Part shown: in pieces, positions 41,146 to 47,531 of the stretch
Numbering within the stretch: the first letter of the stretch is position 1
Layout: every line of letters starts with the position of its first letter
NCBI GenBank assembly: GCA_045047305.1
Contig: JASFYO010000001.1
Coordinates: forward strand, 1-47,531
DNA: 47,531 nucleotides
Direction: 5' to 3'
Origin: Planctomycetota bacterium
GTDB taxonomy: Bacteria; Planctomycetota; UBA1135
Position numbers and translations under genes: made by a program
Notes under the pieces: generated by a model
The model's database searches: none
The model's input: only the letters and a program-made list of their open reading frames with translations
Told to the model about the DNA's origin: nothing

Positions 41146-42048
41146 ATGAACGACGCCCCGCTCGACCAGCTGCCCGGACCTTTGCGCCGGCTTTTGCGCA
41201 TGGGCGGCCGTGTGATCGAGGAGCTCACCCACGACGACCTCTCCGGGGTGGCTGCTCAAATGACCTACTATTTCATGCTGGCGCTGTTTCCGTCGCTGAT
41301 TCTCCTGGTCGGCTTCTTCGATGCACTGCCCCTAGAAGCCGATATCAACCACTTTCTTGAACGCGGCCTGCAGTCCTTGCCAGAAGGCATTGCCGACCTG
41401 CTCTCCAACTACCTACGCGATTTCTCAACAAGACGCCCCAGCGGTGGGCTTCTGCTGTGGATGCTGGCTGCTCTGTGGGCAAGTGCGCGTGGGATTCGAG
41501 GAGCGCGCAAAGGCCTAAACCGTGTATTCCGCTGCAAGCCGGAGAGCAACTTGGTACTGATTAAATTGCAAGACTTAGGTCTCACCGTAGCCGGGTTGGT
41601 CTTGATGGGACTCTCCTATGTTCTGCTCATCGGCGGCAAACAGCTCGGCGCTTTTGTCATTGGGGTTCTACACCTACATCTCACCATGCAGGTAGTGTGG
41701 CAGTGGTTGGAACTACCCATGACGATGTTGATGATGACCATCTTCGTCATGCTGGTGTACCGCTACCTCCCCAGCCGACGCGTTGGCTTCCGCCCTCTGC
41801 TTGCCGGCGCAGTGCCTACCGTCTTCGCATGGATGCTCCTCGGCGGCATGTTCCGCTTTTGGCTCCAGCACATGGGAAGCTTCGACGAGATTTATGGTGG
41901 CCTCGCCAGCTTCTTTCTGCTTATGTTTTTACTCTGGCTAATTTCGCTCGTGCTCTTGCTCGGAGGCGAAGTCACCGCACGTTTGGCGGATCGCGCCGAT
42001 CGCGCCCAAGCTGCAAAAGAAAACTCTGAGGCCGAAGCCGCGGCATAA
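41146..42048 (+). CDS. YihY/virulence factor BrkB family membrane protein
   Basis: AAQMTYYFMLALFP, ALWASA, YRYLP, IYGGLAS...LLLGGE. Confidence 0.9.
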   Translation: MNDAPLDQLPGPLRRLLRMGGRVIEELTHDDLSGVAAQMTYYFMLALFPSLILLVGFFDALPLEADINHFLERGLQSLPEGIADLLSNYLRDFSTRRPSGGLLLWMLAALWASARGIRGARKGLNRVFRCKPESNLVLIKLQDLGLTVAGLVLMGLSYVLLIGGKQLGAFVIGVLHLHLTMQVVWQWLELPMTMLMMTIFVMLVYRYLPSRRVGFRPLLAGAVPTVFAWMLLGGMFRFWLQHMGSFDEIYGGLASFFLLMFLLWLISLVLLLGGEVTARLADRADRAQAAKENSEAEAAA

Positions 42049-42080
42049 AAAAAAGCGGCCCCAGTTTTCACTGAGACCGC
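42047..42080 (-). terminator. Rho-independent terminator
   Basis: GCGGUCUCAGU-GAAA-ACUGGGGCCGC 11-bp stem followed by U8 on the - strand. Confidence 0.8.
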
Positions 42081-42240
42081 AACTCCATCCCCTCAGATGG
42101 CACCTTTCGGTGTTTACCCATTACCCCAGGCTTTTAGACCCAAAGGAAATGAGCGATTGTGTTTGCCCCTAGCGAGGCAACAGAGTCCAGTCTAGGACTT
42201 TGCCATGAATCCAAACGGCTAATCGCCAAAGAACCTTGAA
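42047..42240 (-). ncRNA. Candidate structured non-coding RNA, family unknown
   Basis: Run of adjacent hairpins with GAAA/GAGG/GCUA loops plus a long-range helix, ending in the terminator; 5' end uncertain. Confidence 0.45.
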
Positions 42241-42403
42241 TTGGGGTGGAACGCCCATATTTAAGACTTCCTAAAAGTCGCTGCTATAGAAAGGCATGGT
42301 GAACTTTTGTGGTTCTAGGAACAGCCCTCTTACCCTATTTCAACTTTTTGGGTGAATAGCATCGCCCCCCCCCTGATTTGCCCCCCTAAATGGGGTGCTC
42401 CGA

Positions 42404-42958
42404 CTAGAAAGAGACTTTCGGCGCCACGCGGGCATCTGGATTCTCCAACTCGAAGTAGTCGCGATTGGTGAAGCTAAACATGCCAGCGACCAAGTTGGAT
42501 GGGAACTGTTCCATCTTGTTATTGTTCTCACGCACGTTTCCATTGTAGAAACGTAGAGCTGCTTGAATCCGGTTCTCGGTATTCGCCAGCTCCTTTTGTA
42601 ACTCCAAAAAGTTCGCACTGGCCTTCAAATCTGGATAAGCCTCAAGCCGCACCATAAGTTTTCCAAGCGCGTTTTGCAGCAAGCTTTCATCAGCAGCTTG
42701 GCTAGCGATCGCGCCATGATTGCCCGCAGCCTTCTCGCGTAAGTTAACCACCTCTTCCAGAAGCTCCCTTTCGTGCTTGGCGTAACCCTTGGCGGTTTCA
42801 ATCAGGTTAGGAATCAAGTCGTAACGCCGTTGGAGTTCCGTATCAATATTCGACCAAGCCTCATTGCAGTGATTGCGAATGGAAACCAAGCCGTTATACA
42901 TGCCGACGAAAATCATCAGCAGCAAAAGCAAAACACCGAGCGGGATGAGCCATAGCAT
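42404..42958 (-). CDS. lemA: LemA family protein
   Basis: YNGLV...AWSNIDTELQRRYDLIPNL, EAYPDLKASANFLELQKELANTEN, FPSNLVA. Confidence 0.95.
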   Translation of the reverse strand: MLWLIPLGVLLLLLMIFVGMYNGLVSIRNHCNEAWSNIDTELQRRYDLIPNLIETAKGYAKHERELLEEVVNLREKAAGNHGAIASQAADESLLQNALGKLMVRLEAYPDLKASANFLELQKELANTENRIQAALRFYNGNVRENNNKMEQFPSNLVAGMFSFTNRDYFELENPDARVAPKVSF

Positions 42959-42967
42959 GCTCTGATT

Positions 42968-43738
42968 CTATTCGCTTTCGAGGTCTTGCGTATCCCCAAC
43001 CGAGCGCTTCCATTGCACCGCCTCAACATGCTGTAAATCGCCTTCATTTCCCGCCCGGCGCTTTTCAAGCCCCATCAACATCGCATGTTTTCCATAAACG
43101 ATGAGCTCATCACCAGCCTCAATCACGCAGCTGCCCTTGGGAGCGCCCACATAGGTGCCATCGGCACGTTCTATACCTAGAATCATCACTCCCTCATCGC
43201 CGAGGCGCATCTCCATCAGCGCGCGGCCAGCCATCCAATCCCCCGCATCCACCGGGAATTCGGAAACCGAGTAGTCGTGAGATAGGTGGAGCATCTCGGT
43301 GTAATCCTGCGCTGTCAGCTTGGTCCACCGGTTGAGAGCCCAGGAGACGGCTACAGAAATTTGACGATCGATCCATTTGGAGTAAGCGACCACGAATAGA
43401 AGTGCGATCCCAGCCCCAAGGAAAAGAAAACGAAACCAATAGTGGCTGGAGATTCCACTCGTAGGTAACGCGGTCAGAGATAGCACTAAGGAGCTAACTA
43501 AAGTGATGATTCCAGCATTGCCGAGCAGCATGAGGGCCATCACGATTTCCCTGCGCACTGGGTTACTCAACACGATTTCCGCTTCCTTGGTGGTGAAGCC
43601 AACGCCAAAGTATGCCGACCGCGCCTGGAATCTAGACACCTGAGGCGACAACCCGGTCATAGAGAGAGCGACCGTGCCGATGCGAACAATCAGCAGAGAA
43701 ACTGAGAGCACGATAAGGACTGCGAAGAGGGTTAGCAT
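42968..43738 (-). CDS. Membrane protein with TrkA-C (RCK_C) domain, putative K+ transport component
   Basis: FQARSAYFGVGFTTKEAE, LMLLGNAG, C-terminal ILGIER.DG.Y.GAP.G...I.AGD.LIVYG. Confidence 0.85.
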   Translation of the reverse strand: MLTLFAVLIVLSVSLLIVRIGTVALSMTGLSPQVSRFQARSAYFGVGFTTKEAEIVLSNPVRREIVMALMLLGNAGIITLVSSLVLSLTALPTSGISSHYWFRFLFLGAGIALLFVVAYSKWIDRQISVAVSWALNRWTKLTAQDYTEMLHLSHDYSVSEFPVDAGDWMAGRALMEMRLGDEGVMILGIERADGTYVGAPKGSCVIEAGDELIVYGKHAMLMGLEKRRAGNEGDLQHVEAVQWKRSVGDTQDLESE

Positions 43739-43750
43739 TCCGGGTTTAGT

Positions 43751-44404
43751 CTAACTCTGGAATAGATAGTCCGGCATCCGCTTTCGGATATCGCATAAAT
43801 GCTCAAACATGGGCCCAAGGTCCTCCGGCCTCAGGTAGCGATTACGGTAAATCGCCAGAGTACGCCCTTCCAACTCCAATGCTGTGCTTCGATTTTGCAA
43901 GAGCAGGGTCATCATGTCGGTGTTGCAAAAGTCATAGGCCAACTTTTTGTCACCGGAGCGCACGGTGAAGGCTTTGGAAAACTCCACCGATTCGAGGTCG
44001 ATGTCTTCGTAACCCAGAAACTGGCCAAAGCGCGACAACATATTCTCTGGATACACCCGCAGCTCCGGAAAAACCTGCTCGATCTCAAGCAAGGCAACTC
44101 CCAGCGTATGAGTTTGCTGATGCTTGCCACTTCCAGTAGTGTAATTGAAGCAAAATGCGGTGGCCGGATAGCCCTCCCATGCGCCATGCAAATAATGCGA
44201 AGCTTGGCGGCTATGCCCCAATTGGAGGCGATCGAGGAAGTCATAACGGTTACGCAAGGTGTCGTGGGTGCGGTGATCGTAATCCCAACCATGCTCCAAT
44301 GCCCACAGCGCAAACGCCTGCCGACGTTTCTGCTCCGCCTTCCATGCCACCACTCCACCGGCGGCAATGGCGACGACTACGAGGATAAGGACAAGGGTAT
44401 TCAT
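43751..44404 (-). CDS. Membrane-anchored hypothetical protein co-oriented with lemA
   Basis: N-terminal TM; YTTGSGK, DIDLESVEFSKAFTV motif. Confidence 0.75.
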   Translation of the reverse strand: MNTLVLILVVVAIAAGGVVAWKAEQKRRQAFALWALEHGWDYDHRTHDTLRNRYDFLDRLQLGHSRQASHYLHGAWEGYPATAFCFNYTTGSGKHQQTHTLGVALLEIEQVFPELRVYPENMLSRFGQFLGYEDIDLESVEFSKAFTVRSGDKKLAYDFCNTDMMTLLLQNRSTALELEGRTLAIYRNRYLRPEDLGPMFEHLCDIRKRMPDYLFQS

Positions 44405-44406
44405 GG

Positions 44407-44493
44407 CTAGTCTTGGAACAGATACTCCGGCATTCTTTGCCGCAGCGCAACAAGATGGTTCAGTGTGGGCTCTAGGTCTTCTGGCTTCAAAAG
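44407..44493 (-). pseudogene. 3' remnant of a paralog of the 43751-44404 gene
   Basis: Encodes LLKPEDLEPTLNHLVALRQRMPEYLFQD*, aligning with YLRPEDLGPMFEHLCDIRKRMPDYLFQS*. Confidence 0.75.
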
Positions 44494-44559
44494 GACGAAG
44501 GGTGAATTTCCCACGCTATGAGGGTAGTTGATTTCCATGCAACGTTAAACTCCTCCGCT

Positions 44560-46233
44560 ATGGCTACCGACGTAGAAATCGCCCGTCAGTTCACACCACG
44601 TCCAATTGCGGAAATCGCAGAGGCGTTGGGAGTGAATTCCGAGGATCTCCAACCTTACGGTCAAGCGATCGCGAAGGTTGATTTGAATGCTTTGAACCGT
44701 CCACGCGCGCGCAAAGAAAAGGCGCGTCTGGTCTTGGTTTCTGCAATTACTCCCACTCCAGCCGGTGAAGGCAAGACCACCACCAGCATTGGATTGGCGC
44801 AAGCCTTCCACGCGAAAAAGGAGTCGGTTTGTTTGGCTTTGCGCGAACCATCGCTCGGACCGTGCATGGGTGTAAAGGGTGGAGCATGTGGCGGCGGCTA
44901 CAGCCAAGTCATGCCGTTGGATCGGATTAACTTGCACTTCACCGGGGACTTTCACGCGATTACGTCGGCAAATAATTTGCTAGCGGCGATGATTGATAAC
45001 CACCTGCATTTCGGCAACAAGCTGCGTTTGGATGTACGCAAGATCTTGTGGCGCCGAGTGATGGACATGAATGACCGTGCGCTGCGCAACATTGTCAGTG
45101 GCATGGGCGGCAGCGGACAAGGTGTGCCGCGCGAAAATGGTTTCGACATCACGGCTGCCAGTGAAATTATGGCGGTGCTGTGTTTGTCGACCGATGTCGA
45201 TGACTTGCGCGCGCGCTTGGAGCGGATCCTGGTGGCCTACGATCTAGATGGCAAACCTGTGTTCGCGAAGCAAATGGACTGCATCGGCGCGATGATGGCT
45301 CTGTTACGCGATGCGCTCAGCCCAAACTTAGTGCAAAGTTTTGAAGGAACTCCTGCGTTCATTCATGGCGGGCCGTTTGCGAATATCGCGCATGGGTGCA
45401 ACTCGGTTTTAGCCACGCGCATGGCGATGCATTTTGCAGAGTGGACGATTACCGAAGCTGGCTTTGGCGCAGATTTAGGTGCAGAGAAATTCTTCGACAT
45501 TAAGTGTCGTCAGGCGGGATTGGATCCAGATGCCGTGGTTTTAGTCGCCACGATTCGTGCGCTGAAGATGCACGGCGGTAAAGCGAAGAATGATTTGGAT
45601 GGCGAAGATGTCGCGGCGGTGCAGGGCGGATTGCCGAACCTGGAGAAGCACATTGAGAACATTCAGACTTTGGGCAAACCGCCAGTCGTTGCACTCAACC
45701 GTTTCGGCACCGACTCCGATGCCGAGATTGAAGTCGTGCGTAAGCGTTGCGCGGAGCTCAATGTCGAGTTTGCGGTTTCCAATCATCATCCAGAAGGTGG
45801 CAAAGGCGCACTAGATTTGGCCGATGCGGTGATGGCTGCCGTCGCGCGTGGCTCCGAACCGTTCACCCCGGTTTATGCGTTGACCGACACTCCGGAAGAG
45901 AAAATTCGTCAGGTAGCGCAGAAATTGTACGGCGCCGATGACATCGCCCTGGCTCCTGCAGCCAAACGCGATTTGAAAAACCTCGCTGCGCTGGGTTATG
46001 CCGACTTGCCGATTTGCATCGCCAAGGTGCCGGGTTCGTTATCGGACAACGCCGCGCTCATCGGCCGCCCGACTGGGTTTACGGTAAATGTGCGCAATGT
46101 GGTGGTGAATGCTGGCGCCGGATTCCTGGTCGTCATCACCGGCAACATCTTCCGCATGCCCGGCCTGCCGCGCGACCCCATGGCCGCGCACATGGATCTC
46201 ATGCCAGACGGCGAGATTATTGGTTTGGAATAG
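44560..46233 (+). CDS. fhs: Formate--tetrahydrofolate ligase
   Basis: TPTPAGEGKTTT, LREPSLGP, GGGYSQV, INLHFTGDFHAI, HGGPFANIAHG, TEAGFGADLG, MPGLP; start ATG 44560. Confidence 0.97.
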   Translation: MATDVEIARQFTPRPIAEIAEALGVNSEDLQPYGQAIAKVDLNALNRPRARKEKARLVLVSAITPTPAGEGKTTTSIGLAQAFHAKKESVCLALREPSLGPCMGVKGGACGGGYSQVMPLDRINLHFTGDFHAITSANNLLAAMIDNHLHFGNKLRLDVRKILWRRVMDMNDRALRNIVSGMGGSGQGVPRENGFDITAASEIMAVLCLSTDVDDLRARLERILVAYDLDGKPVFAKQMDCIGAMMALLRDALSPNLVQSFEGTPAFIHGGPFANIAHGCNSVLATRMAMHFAEWTITEAGFGADLGAEKFFDIKCRQAGLDPDAVVLVATIRALKMHGGKAKNDLDGEDVAAVQGGLPNLEKHIENIQTLGKPPVVALNRFGTDSDAEIEVVRKRCAELNVEFAVSNHHPEGGKGALDLADAVMAAVARGSEPFTPVYALTDTPEEKIRQVAQKLYGADDIALAPAAKRDLKNLAALGYADLPICIAKVPGSLSDNAALIGRPTGFTVNVRNVVVNAGAGFLVVITGNIFRMPGLPRDPMAAHMDLMPDGEIIGLE

Positions 46234-46359
46234 GGCGGAGAATCCTTGGGGCGGTGCCTTGCCGCTGACCATCGCCCCTTAAGGAAACTCTGATTAAAGA
46301 AGAAGTCAAGCCCCCACCCCCACTTGGATTTTGGCGCTGCGGCTGCAGAATAGGTCTGC

Positions 46360-47531
46360 ATGAGCAAACTGCTTGAATCCCTGAATCCGGAGCAACGTCG
46401 CGCCGTTGAGACCACCGAAGGACCACTTTTGGTACTCGCGGGGGCAGGTACAGGCAAAACGCGCGTCATCACCGTGCGCACCGCACATTTGCTCAAAAAG
46501 GGCGTAAAACCGGAAAACTTGCTGCTGATGACCTTCACCAATAAGGCCGCGCGGGAGATGCGTGAGCGCCTGAAAGGTTTGGCTGGCAAGCAGGCGGACG
46601 ATGTCACCGTGGGCACCTTCCACAGTTTCTGCATACGCTTGTTGCGCGAACATGCGGAGAAAATGGGGCTGCCGCAAGGCTTTGGCATCTGCGATGGCTC
46701 CGACCAGATGACTGCGATTAAGGGTGCGCTGCGTGAATTGCGTATCGCCGAGGCCGACATCAACCCGCGTGCAGCACAGTCGAAGATCTCTCTGTACAAA
46801 AACTCGCTCATCACTCCGGACCAAGCGCTAGATGCGGCGGAAGATGACTGGGAAATTTCAGTCGCGCACATTTACGCCAAGTTCGAGCAGCATCTGCGTC
46901 GTTCCCGAGTGATTGATTTCGATGACTTCCTCATCTTCGCCTTGCGTTTACTACGCGAAAATGAAGATGTGCGCTTAGCGCTGGAGAAACGTTACCAATA
47001 CGTGATGGTCGATGAATACCAAGATACCAATGGCCCGCAGTACGGCATTGTGTATGAGCTGGTGAAGAACCATCGCAACTTATGCGTGGTCGGCGACGAT
47101 GACCAATCGATTTACGGATGGCGCGGCGCCGACATCTCCAAAATCCTTGGCTTTGAAAAGGATTTTCATGGTGCAGTGAAAGTACACCTTGGCACCAATT
47201 ATCGTTCGACGGTGGAGATCATCGATGCCGCAAATAAGGTGATTCGGAACAATCCGAAACGTCACGATAAGAAGCTGCGTTCGGCTTTGGGCGAAGGCAG
47301 TTCGGTGGCGATCATGCGCATGGAAGATGAATCGCATGAGGCAAGTTTCATCTGCTCGGAGATTGAGCATCTGGTCCGCGTGGGTGAAGCGCATTACCGC
47401 GATATCGCGATTTTGGTGCGCACCGCACAGCAACCACGTGCCTTTGAAGCCGATTTGCGCGCGGCAAACATCCCCTATCACTTAGTCGGTGGCATGAGCT
47501 TCTTCGACCGCAAGGAAGTGCGCGACATTCT
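46360..47531 (+). CDS. UvrD/PcrA/Rep SF1 ATP-dependent DNA helicase, 5' part (runs off the window; missing from the ORF track)
   Basis: MSKLLESLNPEQ..AV, LAGAGTGKT, TFTNKAAREM, TFHSF, VDEYQDTN, VGDDDQSIYGWRGA, NYRS. Confidence 0.93.
   Translation, partial: MSKLLESLNPEQRRAVETTEGPLLVLAGAGTGKTRVITVRTAHLLKKGVKPENLLLMTFTNKAAREMRERLKGLAGKQADDVTVGTFHSFCIRLLREHAEKMGLPQGFGICDGSDQMTAIKGALRELRIAEADINPRAAQSKISLYKNSLITPDQALDAAEDDWEISVAHIYAKFEQHLRRSRVIDFDDFLIFALRLLRENEDVRLALEKRYQYVMVDEYQDTNGPQYGIVYELVKNHRNLCVVGDDDQSIYGWRGADISKILGFEKDFHGAVKVHLGTNYRSTVEIIDAANKVIRNNPKRHDKKLRSALGEGSSVAIMRMEDESHEASFICSEIEHLVRVGEAHYRDIAILVRTAQQPRAFEADLRAANIPYHLVGGMSFFDRKEVRDI

Noticed and set aside
42100..42210. Resemblance to a c-di-GMP-I riboswitch (GGCAAA, GGUCUAA)
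   Set aside because: Lacks the GAAA-capped P2 followed by GACGCAAA in the right order, and no downstream gene on that strand to regulate
42365..42395. C9 and C6 tracts downstream of lemA
   Set aside because: Non-coding, with no frame affected; a G-quadruplex or promoter-spacing role cannot be supported from sequence alone
46243..46285. Imperfect hairpin after fhs (TCCTTGGGGCGGTG / CATCGCCCCTTAAGGA)
   Set aside because: No U-tract and no second copy seen in the window; at most an mRNA-stabilising stem
45996..46871. 291-aa minus-strand ORF and other antisense ORFs (e.g. 226-906, 6257-6892, 20768-21382, 43799-44410)
   Set aside because: Shadow frames of well-supported genes on the opposite strand (fhs, UvrD-family helicase, lepB, etfB, proC)

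Overview
Gene-dense, roughly 55-58% GC chromosomal segment of a diderm bacterium, probably Planctomycetota (inferred from the long-insert signal peptidase I and several secreted FG-GAP proteins). Housekeeping genes include lepB, lptB, etfBA, waaF, a clsB-like PLD with an EEP partner, proC, ligA, an alanine:cation symporter, a DegT aminotransferase, yihY, lemA, fhs and a partial UvrD/PcrA helicase. Five accessory elements stand out. (1) A four-gene candidate trans-envelope electron conduit at 28724-36274: an FAD/NADPH + 2x[4Fe-4S] + di-heme-b membrane fusion, a 26-heme cytochrome, a beta-barrel and a 17-heme lipoprotein. (2) Two paralogous AT-richer cassettes (beta-helix protein + FG-GAP protein) at 16431-20508 and 36351-40331. 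In both, the first gene's signal peptide is thrown out of frame by a simple sequence repeat (C11 tract; 3x TACGCTC), suggesting phase variation. (3) A secreted FG-GAP/GH39-like hydrolase with a 100-aa Lys/Arg repeat tail. (4) An unannotated multi-hairpin RNA candidate at about 42047-42240 (-). (5) Smaller oddities: a cytidine-deaminase fold without catalytic residues coupled to ligA, an orphan phage-type DUF669 protein, a remnant of a lost paralog, and many TANNNT boxes 6-9 nt before start codons (leaderless-like). All calls come from reading motifs by eye; no searches were run.
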